Source: Piromyces finnis finn (lineage: Eukaryota; Fungi; Neocallimastigomycota). From it: DNA of 64,000 bases. Below the pieces are notes generated by a model. That model had not been told where the DNA came from. It searched no databases and saw only the letters and a program-made list of their open reading frames with translations. The first letter of the stretch is position 1, and each line of letters opens with the position of its first letter. A program made the translations under genes and the position numbers. Of this stretch, positions 38,238 through 52,057 are shown piece by piece. The DNA is taken from NCBI GenBank assembly GCA_002104945.1, contig MCFH01000004.1:1302001-1366000 (forward strand), read 5' to 3'.

Positions 38238-40083
38238 ATGGATATATTCAACAGATCTATAACTACTTTGAATATAAATTCGGATATTAAAGCGAAACTT
38301 TTGAAATTGAGTATATGTAATATAAATGATTTAAAATATTTTACTCCAACAAAATTAGCTGAAGGTAATTACATGATATTAATATATTTGTGTATAATGA
38401 AAAACAAGTATTATAAATGCCAAAATATTAATTGATAAAAAAAATATATATTATTAAGAAATTAATATACCAGTTATTCTTGCTGAGTCAATATTCGAAC
38501 AAATAAATTATGATAATATAAAACCTATAAGTGGGCTTGAATTATATACCAATGAGTTAAAAAAAATAAATTCAATACAAACTTTTTGTAAAGCACTAGA
38601 TAATATGCTAGAAGGAGTAACTGTTAATGGTATTCCTTTAGGTAAAATAACCGAATTTTGTGGTCCACCAGGTATTGGAAAAACTCAATTAGGGTAATGA
38701 AAAGTAGTTTTTTTTTTTTTTTTTTTTTTTTTTAAATATATATATATATATATATATTTATTTATTATTTTATGATATTTAAATAGAATCCAATTATCAG
38801 TAAATGTTCAAATACCTAAAATGTGTAAAGGAATTGAAGGAAAAGCCATTTTTATTGGTGAGATAATAATGTAATAATAAAGAATAAATAAGAAAAAAGA
38901 TTAATAACTATTTTTTGGTATTATTAATGATAAAAATATTATGAATAATAAAGATACTGAAGGAAGCTTTATGATTGAAAGAGTTATTCAAATTGCAAAT
39001 TCTACTGTAGATTACATAAAAGAGAACTATCCAAATTGTAATAATAAGAAAATTAATATTTTATTTATAAGTTATGGAAAAAAAAATAACACATATCTAT
39101 AATATTATTTATATTATAGATAAAAATGATTCTTTTAATTTGAATTCTATATTATCAAATATTCAATATTTCCGGGTTCATGATTTTCAAGAACAAATTG
39201 CCTTAATTAATATATTAGAAAACTATATCATTAGTGACTCTATGGTATATATTATTAAGTTTAATTTGATATTTTATTTAAAACTGTAAATAAGTGAAAT
39301 TTATTAATTCTAAATGTATATACACACCATTTATCTGTTTATTTATTTATATAGATAAAAGTGATTGTAATAGACAGTATTGCTTTTCATTTTCGTCAAA
39401 CCTTTTCAAGTATGAGTTTAAGAACACAAATCTTAAATAATATAGCACAAATATTAATGAAAATTGCTGATAAATATAATATTGCCGTAAGTTTAAAAAA
39501 AAAAAAAAAACGCATTAAAATTAAATTTATAAAAATAAGTGTTATATTAATTTATTATTACTTTATTCCTCAATAAGATTGTAATAATGAACCAAATGAC
39601 CATGAAGTTCCAAAGAATGAAAGAAGATCCAGCAAACAAAGAAGAATCATTATTAGTACCAGCCTTAGGTAAAGATTTATATATATATTTATTTATAAAT
39701 ATTAATAAAATGATGATGGTAGTAACTAATAATAATATTATTATTTAGGAGAAAGTTGGGGTCATGCAAGTACAAATAGGTTTATATTGTCAACTACAGA
39801 TGATCAAATGTAAATAAATATTAAGTTTCATAAAATTTTTGGTTTTAAAAAAAATAATTAACAAAAAAAACTTTCAATTTTTGAATTATATTAGGATTCG
39901 AAAGATATTTTTACAAAAATCACCAAATAATAAACAAGGTATTGCTTACTATCAAATAACGGTATGTAATAATTAAGAATATATATATATAAATGTATAA
40001 ATATATATATATATTAATGCTTAGACTAAAAAAAATGTTAAATTTTTATACATATATAGAATGATGGGGTTAGAGACGTTTAA
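38238..40083 (+). CDS. RAD51C: RAD51 paralog C (DNA repair, RecA family)
   Basis: Walker [17 protein letters not shown]; [26 protein letters not shown]; Walker [13 protein letters not shown]; [12 protein letters not shown]; stop at 40083 (GVRDV*). These motifs fit RAD51C better than RAD51 or DMC1. Confidence 0.9.
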
Positions 40084-40374
40084 CATGTAAATAAAAAATA
40101 ATAATATCTGTATAATCATAATGAATAATGCCTCAAATCATTACTATTCAATCACAATCATTATCATAAACAGTTTTTTTTTTTTTTTTTTTTTTTACTA
40201 TTATTAATACTTCAATAACATTTCATTATAACCAACAACAAATGTATTTTTTTTTCCATTTAGTGAAATTAAATTAAAAAATTCTTATAATAAATTAAAG
40301 TTTGGTGTAAATATTTTTAATATTTAAAAATTAATTTTATAATATATAAAAATAAATCTTTAATTTTTCTTTTT

Positions 40375-40383
40375 ATGATTGGT
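40375..40383 (+). promoter_or_regulatory. Reverse CCAAT box (ATGATTGGT) ~160 bp upstream of the NSA1 ATG
   Basis: The reverse complement AACCAATCA fits the NF-Y/HAP consensus. Confidence 0.5.
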
Positions 40384-40539
40384 TAATGTTCATAATTTAT
40401 CTTTTTTTTATTTTTTATTTTTTATTTTTTTTTTTTTTCAATTTTTTTAGAAAGTTGAGAAATAATTTATAAAAGAATTTAAAATTATTATTTTAATTGT
40501 TAGTAAATTATTTTTTATTAAAAATATAGAATAATAAAA

Positions 40540-41824
40540 ATGAATTTTATTGTTGGAGATGAAGTTGGACTTGTAAAAGGTATAAAAATTAATTTTATTG
40601 TAATGTAAATATGACAATATGACTAAAGATTGTAGTAAATTAAATTTTATTTAAATATATATAAATTTTAAATTATGTCTATACAGCAATTTCTATTACA
40701 GAAGTTGACAAAATCCCAAAACCAGAAGTTAAAAGATGGGGTCAAATTGATAGAAAAAGAGAAGTTTTAAGAATGTGTATGAATACAGGAAAAAGTATCA
40801 AAACACCAATTAATGGAGCTCAAGTAATTTTCAAAACAATATTTATACTATTTGAATTTCATCATATTATTATGAAAAAAAAGCAATAATGATAAATCTA
40901 TAAAAAATAAATAAATTAATAAAAGTAGTAACAAGTAAAGAAAAAAAAAAAAAAAAAAAAAAACTAATGAAAACTATATCAATATTTTAATTTCATTTAA
41001 TTTAGTTTTCAGTCGCAAGAAAAGATGGATCTGTACAAGTTATGAGTGTTATTGACGGTGCTATCATTTCCGATGTAAAAGTATACACACCTGCTGTTGT
41101 TGATAAAAAAAAGTCACTTAAAGTCACAAGTAATAATAAAAAATCTGAACAATTTGTTGGAATAAATTGTCACGATGGGTAAAAATTAAATTTTTTTTTA
41201 TTATTAATTACTTTGTATTTAAATCTTAATTTTATATTAATAAAATACATTTTGGAATTTATTAAATTTTATTTTAATAAATATTCATATATATGAATAT
41301 AGTATTATTTATGCTTGTACTGATATGGGAAAATTTTATATCATAGATGCTAATGTATGTAATATATATAATTCAAAATTTCAAAATTTCTAAATTGATT
41401 TTTTAAAATTTCTTAAAACATATTCCATTCCTTTTAAAATATAATATTTAATTAATTATAATAAATATAATAATATCAATTAGAAATCAACACCTGAAAT
41501 TAAAACTGTTGACTTAAAACAAGACAATTTATGGTGTATGAAAGTACATCCAAAAGAAAGTAATATATTTGCTACTGGAGGAGAAGAAAGAGAACTTTGC
41601 ATATGGGATTTAAATAAAATGGAAGAAGATGATGAAAGTGAACAAGAAAATACTTTTAAAATCAAACCAATATTTACAGCAAAAAATGTTAAACATGACT
41701 TTTTAAATTTAAGAGTTCCAGTTTGGGTTACTTGTATGGAATGGTTAGATGATAATGATACAACTAAAATTATTATTGGTACTGGTCATCATCATGTATG
41801 TATGATTTTAAATGGTAGATTATA

Positions 41825-41905
<81 letters not shown>

Positions 41906-42645
41906 TATAGATTCGTGTATATGATACCAAAAAAGCAAGACGTCCAATATTGAGTGTTGAAATCGGTGAATATCCAATAAGATCTCTTTCATTAAATAAA
42001 GACAGAAGGTAAATAAAAAAGTTAATAAAGAATATATATTTTATTAATTATATATATCAGAATTTTTAATTCTATGAAATATTTCACAAATATAGCCAAG
42101 TCATATTTTCAGATACTATCGGTACTGTTACTTCTGTTGATGTTAAAACTGGTAAAGCATTAGGAACATTTAAAGGATTTGCTGGTTCTGTTTCTGATGT
42201 TTGGTGTAATCCAGAAGAAGATATTTTAGCTACTGTTGCATTAGATCGTCATTTAAGAATTTTCTCTACTCTTGGTAAAAGACCATTACTTCATAAGGTA
42301 AATATATAATAATGTTTAAAGTTTTAATATTAAAATATACTTTTTATTGACAAAACCTTTCTCATTTTTTTTTTTTTTTTTTTTTTTACCTATCTATATA
42401 AAATAAATCTATATTTTATAACTATAACCACAATATCAAGGTATATTTAAAAACTCGTATAAATTGTGTTTTAGGAGATTTAACATTTGTTGATGTTAAT
42501 GCTAATAAAGAAGATGAAGAAAACCAAGAAGAAAATCAAGAAGAAAATATTTGGGATAATATGAAATTAGTTAAAGATGATGAAGAAAAGTCATCTAAAA
42601 AGAGAAAGTTGGCATCAAAAGAAAAATCATCTAACAAGAAATTAA

Positions 42646-42650
<5 letters not shown>
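40540..42650 (+). CDS. NSA1: WD40 pre-60S assembly factor NSA1/WDR74
   Basis: N-terminus MNFIVGDEVGLVK; FATGGEERELCIWDL; IFTAKNVKHDFLNLRVPVW; IRVYDTKKARRP; LDRHLRIF; VYLKTRINCVL; Lys-rich C-terminus. Confidence 0.92.
41825..41904. repeat. (AAT)n microsatellite filling most of an NSA1 intron
   Basis: Perfect run between the GTATGT donor and the TAG acceptor at 41910. Confidence 0.95.
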
Positions 42651-42688
<38 letters not shown>

Positions 42689-43408
42689 TCATATATATTT
42701 ATAGAATCAGTGAAATCTTTTTTTTTAAAGTTTCTGTCATAGTAAATATTTAAATCGATACCTTATTACTATTTAATTTATTTTATTTTTTAAATAAAAA
42801 TATAAAAACATTTTATAATAAACAAATAAATAAATATAAAAAAAAAAAAACTTTTAAATAAGAACATATTTACTGTCTTTTTTTTTTTTTTAATTTGCTG
42901 TTAATTAAATATTAAAATACAATGTATATTATATATATTATCAAACAAAGATAATACTAAATTTAAAACCTTAAAATACCCTTTTTTATTTATAAAGAAT
43001 TTAATAAAATATAATTTAATAAGTTAAGTGAACTTTTATTATTTTAAAAATTCGGATATTTTAATACAGATAATTTTTAAAAATAAGAATGATATAGAAT
43101 GGAAAATTTTATATATATATATATATATATTTTTTTTTTTTAAACAATATTACTAATAATAATAATAAAAAAAAACTTTGATTATAAAAAGTATTTTTCT
43201 AAAGCATTGATATTAAATAATTGTCTATAAAATCCCTGTTTTTTCTTTTCGAAAAAAAAAAAAAAAACTTCGATAAATAAATAAGTGAATAAATGTAGTG
43301 ATAAAATGAATAAATAGCTTATAAAAGAGTTTCTATTAATATAAGAAAAAAAGAAAAAATATGTTAATTATTTTTATTATTTATATATATTAATTATTTT
43401 AGTGTAAA

Positions 43409-44673
43409 TTAAAAATTACCTTCTCCTCTTAAGTATTCACCAATATCAGCTTGATGGAATACAACAATACCAGTTGGGTCTAATTTTCTACAGTCAGAGG
43501 TAGAACGAGCAGTAACACCAAAACCTAATGGAACATCGTTCATAGAGTAAATGATAGCACCTTGATGTTCTGGAGTATCTTCAGTAATACGACCAAGGTG
43601 GGCCTTTAAGACATGATTACCATACATAAATGGCATTTCACCATTTGGCTTAACCCAAATCTTGTACTATATTGTTAAAGTTATTTATTGATTTTTATAA
43701 AAGATTAATTAATTTTAATTTATGATTCAATAATATGAATTAATGTTTTTTTTTTTTTAATTTGAATTAAATATTTACTTTAGCATATTGAGCTAAATAA
43801 TCTAATGAAGTGATGTGTAATCTGAATTTTCCAGTTTTAGTAAATTTACCAAAGCAAACACCAAGACTTAATAATTGATCTCTACCAATACAGGTAGCTT
43901 TTTTCATAATCTTTTCACTTTTGAATTCATTTGAAATATAATAATTTGTATTATATAAATAATGAATTATCAATATTAATCAATTTCTATTATATCTACA
44001 AATAAAAATCATATTTGCCGTATTTACCTAACATAATAAACTCTATTATTGTGAAGTCTGAAACAATATGTATCATCTGGTCTGTTAATTAAATGTACAA
44101 TATTTCTACCAATGCTAAAAAAAATATAGTTTTTATTTTTTATTATTTTTAAAAATTAAATAGATATTAATTATTCAAATCTTGATTTATTATTACTTTT
44201 TTTTTTTTTTTATAAAAGAATAATAGTGTTTTAAAATACTTACTATTGAGCTAATTTTTGGAAAAATACTGTTATATTACAACATATTAAAATAATAGTA
44301 TAAAATTATTAATTATTAAATAAGTAAATAATATATACAATAATTTTGAATTAAAAATTTATAATGGATTGTATTTTTAATATATATATATATATATTCT
44401 TTTTGAAAATTATTAGGTAATTATCGTATTTCGTTCATTACAAAAACATAATTATTCTATTTTATTATTTAAGATAAATCATTTTTTCAACACATTTATT
44501 TATATATTTTTTGTTGCAATAAAATAAATGGTTTAAATCCAATATGAAATTTCTAAATCATTAATCATAATGGTCCTCTTTCCCAACTTTCAAAATTAAA
44601 CTATCTTAGGATAATATTTTAATAAATTTTCTTTTTACGAACCCTTAGTTTCTTCTTCTGTTAATGGTCTCAT
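43409..44673 (-). CDS. NIP7: 60S ribosome biogenesis protein NIP7 (PUA domain)
   Basis: [21 protein letters not shown]..., [59 protein letters not shown]... [10 protein letters not shown]. The 3' end is uncertain: the GEGNF* stop overlaps a GTAATT donor, so a short extra terminal exon is possible. Confidence 0.93.
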
Positions 44674-44860
44674 TTTAAATATATATTAATTGAAATATAA
44701 ATTATTTGGATATAAGGGTGTAATTAATTTCAGCAATGATATTATACAAATGAAATCTTTAAAAAAAATAATTTATATATTAATTTATTATTGTTAATTA
44801 TATTAAGCACACACAAAAAAAATTTTAAAAAAAAAATAATTTATAATTTTTATAATATTC

Positions 44861-44869
44861 ACCAATCAT
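44861..44869 (-). promoter_or_regulatory. Reverse CCAAT box (ATGATTGGT on the NIP7 sense strand) ~190 bp upstream of the ATG
   Basis: Plus strand reads accaatcat; same motif and relative orientation as at NOC3 and NSA1. Confidence 0.5.
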
Positions 44870-45585
44870 ATTAATCTAATCATTTTAAAAGTATAATGTT
44901 TACTAAAATACTATTTATTTCAAATAGTAATGAAAAAGGATTAAAGTTTAATTATAATATAAATAGAGTTTTAATTTTTTTTTATATATATTTTATGAAA
45001 TATTATTCTATAAAAAAAAAAAAAGGATATTATACCTCTTTTTTTTTTTTTTTTTTTTTTAATTCTATATTCTATATATACAATATTTTCTTTAAAAAAA
45101 AAGTCTTTTTTATATTTTGGTTTTATTATTTATTTCTTTTATTTCTTTTATTATATATATGCATTTTTTTTAATAAATATTTATGTTTAACATTTATTTT
45201 TTTATTGATATTATTACTATTGTTAATTATTATTTTTTAAATTAGATTTAATAAAGTAGGTTTATATATAAACCAAACTCACTTAAAAATTAATTAATAC
45301 TTTTATAAAATACTATATCAAATATTTTTTTTTTTTTTTTTTTAAAAAAAAACTCAATAGTATAATACTGATTGTATAATTTATATACATATTTATAAAT
45401 TAAACGTTAATAAAGTTCCTTTAATCTATAAATATTCATCATACTTATATATACATATGACTTAGTTAATAATACAAACTTTAATTGTCGTTTGATTCTT
45501 TTTTCTTTTTTTTTTTTCTTTTTTTTTTTCCCTATTAATAAAAGTCTATTATTCATTAAAATCTAATAAAATAGTTTGGATTTTT

Positions 45586-48309
45586 TTAGTTACTATATTT
45601 GAAGACAAGAGCAGTTCTATTTGGAATATAAGCCTATTAATAAAATATTTTTAATATATAGGTAGATATAGGTATATATGTTAATAATGATTAGAATGAA
45701 TTAGTTAATTCCTTTTTTATACGAAAAACTTATTTTACCTTGATATATTGATCTCTGTTAGCAAATCTTCCTGGTTGAGAGAAATGTCTACAACTTTCAT
45801 CAATACGACCAAAACCACCGAATTTTTTATTATCAGTATTTAATATAATGTCATGAATACCAACATGTCTGGTACCAATTTTGTAATCAGCAAAACTTTT
45901 CCAACTATGGAAGTTAAAAACAAATAATAAATTGCCTCTTTCAAAGGTAATAACTTTATCAATTTGATTAGTAAAATGAATATCACCTTGTTGAGTATTT
46001 AACCATCCATATTGTTCTTCTAATTCATTCATACAACGATCAAATTCATATAAATAACGATAACGTAAAAGTGGGTCATCTGGTAGATTAAATTGTCTTC
46101 TAGCATATTGGAAACTTTTATAGAAAAATTATTTATTTTATTTTTTTTAATAATTTTTATAATTTTAGTATTTAATTGATATTATTGTATTTTTACTTAA
46201 AACTCAAAAAAAAAAAAAAAAATTATCATACCTATTATTATTTCCTTTTCTTGGGAAATCCTTTTATTATTACAAGAGAAATAATATTAATAAAAAGATT
46301 AATTTTATATAGTTAATTTAAAATGATAAAAAATCATATTGTAAAAAAAAAAAAAAAAAGATAGTATAATTACAAGCCATTCAGGATGACCAAATTCATT
46401 TCCAATAAAGTTTAAGTAACTTTCACCACCTAAAGCACTAGTAATTAAACTATGAAAATAATATATAGAATTAAAAATAGATTAAAAAAGAAAAGAAAAA
46501 TAATATAATAATAAAAATTATTTATTAAATTACCGTATCATTTTGTGTAAAGCAATTCCTCTTTCAATTAATGGTGTTAATTTTGAGAAATCTGACATAT
46601 AATCATACATTTCTTTATCCATTAACCAAAAAGCAATTGTTTTATCACCAACTAAAGCTTGATCATGACATTCACAATAAGCAATCGTTTTTTCCTAATA
46701 TATTAAAATAAAATGTTAAAAAAAAAGGTATTCATTATTTATTATTCAAATAAATATTATATAATTAGGATGATAATAAATATATATACTTGATTTCTTC
46801 TGTTGGTTAAAGTCCAGCAAATATCATTCATTGACCAATCTTCTTCCTATTAATGAATAATGAATATTAATAATTTTATTATTTGATTCTTATATTTAAT
46901 AATGGTTTAATAGTAACATCATTTTACTAACTCTTCTTGATCCAATGAAATTAATCCACATATCTGGAATACCCATACCTAAACGGTAATCGAAACCACA
47001 ACCACCTTCAGATAAAGGTATACATAAACCTGGCATACCAGAAACATCTATAAAATAATATAATATTAATATTAATTTATTATAAAGGGAAAAATAAAAG
47101 CCTTTTTTTTTTTTTTTCGTTATTTTAAAAAAATTGTTTTTTAAATACCTTCAGCAATTGTTGTACAATTTGGATATAAGGTGTGAATCATATCATTAGC
47201 CTAAATTAAATTAAAGAAATAAATAATATAGATACTTATTATACATCATAGTATGAAAATAGAGGAGTTAAAAAAATTAAATATGTACTTACAAGCATTA
47301 AATATGAAAGAGCTTCTAAATCCGTAGCTTCTGAGAAATATTCTTCATAATTACCAGTAAATTGAGTGCCTCCAATACCATGATGTAAATAAAGCATACT
47401 TGTCACACCATCAAATCTAAAACCATCAAAATGGAACTCTTCAATCCAATATCTTAAATTTGATAATAAGAATCTTAAAACTTCAAGAGAAGAATAATTG
47501 AAGAGAAGAGTCTTCCATACGGCGTGATAACCTCTTGGGAATGGATGGAAGTATTGATGATCTTTTATTTTTTATTTTTTTTTTTTACAAATAATAATTG
47601 TAGTATAAATTAAACGATAGATTATCTATTTTAATAAAACGAAATTGATATAATTAAAATTATTACAAATTAAATAATAATTTTATTCATTACCAGTTCC
47701 ATCAAAACGATATAAACCGTCATTTGTGTTTTTACATGCATGGGAATGAATTACATCAAGTAAAACGTAAAGACCCATTCCATGAGCTGTATCAATAAGT
47801 TCCATTAAATCCTCTGGAGTACCAAATCTACTGGATGGTGCAAAGAAACTAGAAACTTGATAACCAAAACTAGCATAGTAAGGGTGTTCCATTACAGCCA
47901 AGATTTGAAGAGTGTTGTAATTTAAATATTTAATTCTTGGTAAAACATTCTTAGTAAATTCTTTATAAGTAGCTATTTTTAATTCAGGACTAGCAATACC
48001 AACTAAAAAATATAAAATGTTTATTATTAATATTATTCAAATAAAAAATTAAATAAATAACAATATAATAAAATGTATAAAAAATTACTGTGTGCTTCAT
48101 AAATTCTTAATCTATCCGGCTTTGGTGGACTCTTATTTTTAAAGACATATGGTTGTGGTGGATCCCAATAAACACCTATTATTTAGAAAAATTATTGATA
48201 ATTAAATATTATTTTCTATATATATCTTTTGTTACATTAAAAAAGAAAAATGCTATAATACCTTGATAAATTTCAGTGACTATGTTTATTTGTTGTATAT
48301 TTATAATTA

Positions 48310-48352
<43 letters not shown>

Positions 48353-48694
48353 ATATTATATTATTATTATTATTCTAATTTTTAGTAATACTTTTTATAT
48401 TTTGAACAGCTCTTCTAATCCAGGCTGGAATTCTGAAAACGCGTTCTCCATTTGGTAATATTAAACAAAGCTAAATAATAGTTAGTACGGAAAAAAGCCA
48501 AAGGTATAAAATATATTTCTAGTAATAAACCAATAGATAATTTATAAATATTTAAAAAATTGTATTATTATCATTACTTTAATTCTTGTATTGTGTTTAA
48601 TTGGAGATGTTCCGTCTTCGTTATTTGGTAAGAAAATTTCAAAAATATCATTTTGATTTCTTATCATTTCATGACTAGTTAAATTCCAATTATC

Positions 48695-48734
<40 letters not shown>

Positions 48735-48757
48735 CAAAATATAATTAATAAAAATTA

Positions 48758-48827
<70 letters not shown>

Positions 48828-48844
48828 TATTATTATTATTATTA

Positions 48845-48883
<39 letters not shown>

Positions 48884-49488
48884 GCTAATTTAATAGTATA
48901 TTATTAATGACATAAAAGACAGTAACAAAAAATAATAATTCAATTTCATTTTCAAATTTCAATTATATTATTAAATTTTGAAATGAAAAAGAAATTTTTA
49001 AAATAATTATTCAAAAAGTAATTATACTTTTCAATAAAATATGTATAGTTTAAGTGTATAAAAAATAACTGAATTAAATATTATTGATAAATAAATATTT
49101 ATTTATTATAGTTACTAAATTCTCCTGTAAGAAAAGCTTTAGCAGCTCCTGGTGCCCATTCACGATATAAAATACCGTCTTCAGTTTTATTTAAGCCGTA
49201 CTTTTTGTAACTCATAGAGAATTTATCTAAACCCTCACCATAATATTGAATTGTATCCTTTAAATCCAAGTAAGAATTATATCTTTTCATTAATTGAGGT
49301 TTGAATTGGGTTAACATTGGATCCAATTCAATTAATTTATCAATTCTTTCAGAAGCAATGTTATTATCTTTTCCTGGAATCATTGAATTTAAAAATTCTT
49401 TATTTGGGGAGTAAGCCTTTGTGACTTTAACATTATTCTCATTATAATTCATTTCTTCTTCAATGTCTGAACAATCAACAGTCAACAT
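45586..49488 (-). CDS. GBE1: 1,4-alpha-glucan branching enzyme, divergent paralog A (GH13 + CBM48)
   Basis: 15 in-frame exons. [47 protein letters not shown] (nucleophile Asp), IAEDVSG (acid/base Glu), [25 protein letters not shown]; ends [15 protein letters not shown]. Confidence 0.94.
48755..48883. repeat. Interrupted (TTA)n microsatellite in intron 1 of GBE paralog A
   Basis: Read directly; it is adjacent to a long T/A homopolymer near the acceptor. Confidence 0.9.
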
Positions 49489-50762
49489 TTTTTTTTTATT
49501 TTTTAATTATTAGTATTGAACAATAAAATATTTCTTTATTTTTTATACATTGTAATTTTTAGTTTAAATGTTTAATATCTATTATCTATATTTATATATT
49601 TATAGTTTTAAAATATATCGCATTCATTCTTACAATAATATACAGACAATTCTATTTTTTTTCTTTTTATTTCCCAATTAAAAATAGTACTTCTTATCTA
49701 AATATATATATTTTCTATAAAGTATATATATTTTCTGAATTTATTAAATTTCTCTTTAACACAGAGAAGAGAAAATTATTTAAAAATTATTATATAAGTA
49801 TTGTTTAACACTTTTTATGATATCTTTTATTAATTATAATAATAAAAGTATATATGTTTTTTTTCTTTAAAAAAAAAAAAACAATGGAATATCTAGAAAA
49901 AAGAAATTGTAAAACAACAACAATTTCTTCAATCGAAGACCACTTTAAATTAATTTAAATATCATTAATTAATATTATATATTAATTAATCCTATTTTTG
50001 AGTAAAATCAAAAATAATATAAAAAGTTTAATTAAAAATTTAATAATATATAAAAAAAATTAATTAAATATTATTTAAAAAAAAAAAAAAAACACACAAA
50101 TTACAAGGTTAAATTATAATTAAATTTTTAATTTTTCCTTTTATATAAAATAAAATAAAAAAAGTCAAGTTTCTGTATAGATTAGAATGAACTTAAAAAA
50201 AAGAATAATTTATAAGATATAGAATAAAAACAAGTGTAAATAATTAATGTATCATGTATCATTTTTGTTATATTTAGAAAAAAGTTTTCTATATAGTAAA
50301 ATCCTACTTCATTTTTTTACTAAATAAATAATATGATATTTATTGATTTTTGAACTATATTATTCCTTTTTATTCTTTTATAATGACCTAACTTGAATCA
50401 TATTCTAATTACTATAATAAAAGTGATTTAAAGGCTAAGCATAATTTACAAAAAAAAAAGGGTTTTCAATTATTAAATATATTTGAAATCTTACTGAATA
50501 TATATATATATATATTTTTGAAACACTTGAAAAATAAACAATATAAAAAATTTAAAAAAAATTCTATAAACTTTAAAAATAATAATTTTGTTGTATTTTA
50601 TTATTATTATTTTAAGTAATAACAATATTTTTTTTTTTTTTAAAAAAAAAAGTTTGATGTTAAGAATTTTAGAAAATACAATAAAAATAAATATATAGTT
50701 ATAGTAATTGACAATTGACATTCATTTTTTTTTTAAAAAGAAGAATAACTTAAAATAAGATT

Positions 50763-52024
50763 ATGCCTCGATTAATATTTTTAATTAGTCTCTTTGTTAC
50801 GCTAGTATTGCTAAATTCATATGTTAATGGTTATAAAATAGGAATATTAGGAAAGGAAGTATTAGGTTCATATGCTTCAGAAATATGTCCATCAACAATT
50901 GATAGAAAGCAAGTTGAATCAAAATACCTTTCCCTAGACTTTAAAGATACCTATACTATCTATAAAATTATCACTAATGTTAATTTTACAGAATATGACA
51001 CTCTTTCATTAAGTTATTATATTGAGGTATATTATATTATCTAATATATAAAAATAGAAATAGTAATATCATACTATTTTTATATTAATAATTATTATCA
51101 ATAATTAGTAGTAAAAATTGACATGATTATATATTAACTGAATCAACATAATCTTTTTTTTTTTTTTAATTCAAAAGAAAGGAAAAGGTCAAATATTATT
51201 ATTAAATATCAATAATGATGTAACTTACCATACTATTCTGGATGATTTTTCTACCAAAACAAATGTTCGAATAAAGCTACATTAAATAAATTTATTTATT
51301 ATGTAAATACACATACTAAACATATGAAATTCATTATATATTTTAGAAATGGTATACCAGTACATATAAAATCCCTTCATGCTCAGATTTTAATGCAATA
51401 GTATATATTATTTATTCTTTAATAATTTGATAAATTTACAAGTATTATATATTCTAAATAATTTATTTTAATAAACAATCACTTGCTTAATATTAGGCCA
51501 TCAAAAACATTAGTAGCCTTAAAGTAAATCTTAAACAAATTTTTTTGACAAATTCAAAAGAAGTTGAGTTTCTTTCATCAAAAATGAATGACAATATTAT
51601 TAGTTGGTCATGGGATATATCTGATATTGAAACTATAGATGATTATACACACATTCAAGAAATTAAGCAGTATGGTGCCTTTAGTATGCGTTATGAAGGC
51701 AATCCATTCTATTATGATTATGTTGAATTTGAATTAATGGTAACTCGTATATACATTTTTTAAAAAAATTTCTTTTTCAATATTACATTTTATAATGATG
51801 TATATAGAAATGCCATTCATATAGAAGAATACTTATATAAATATATATATACATATATATAAATATATATTTAATTAAAGCAAAAAGATCTCAATATGGA
51901 TTTAATTGTTGCAACAGATAGTTGTGGTGATGATTATAGATTTGGGTTAGGTGGTCTTAATCCAGAAAAAGATGTAACTATTATTTGTTCATTCTATATC
52001 ATTTATAAAGTGATGTTATTAATT

Positions 52025-52057
<33 letters not shown>

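Noticed and set aside
45586-49488. Bacterial horizontal transfer origin for GBE paralog A
   Set aside because: It shares ten intron positions with B and has eukaryote-type motifs ([21 protein letters not shown]); only one loop looks bacterial.
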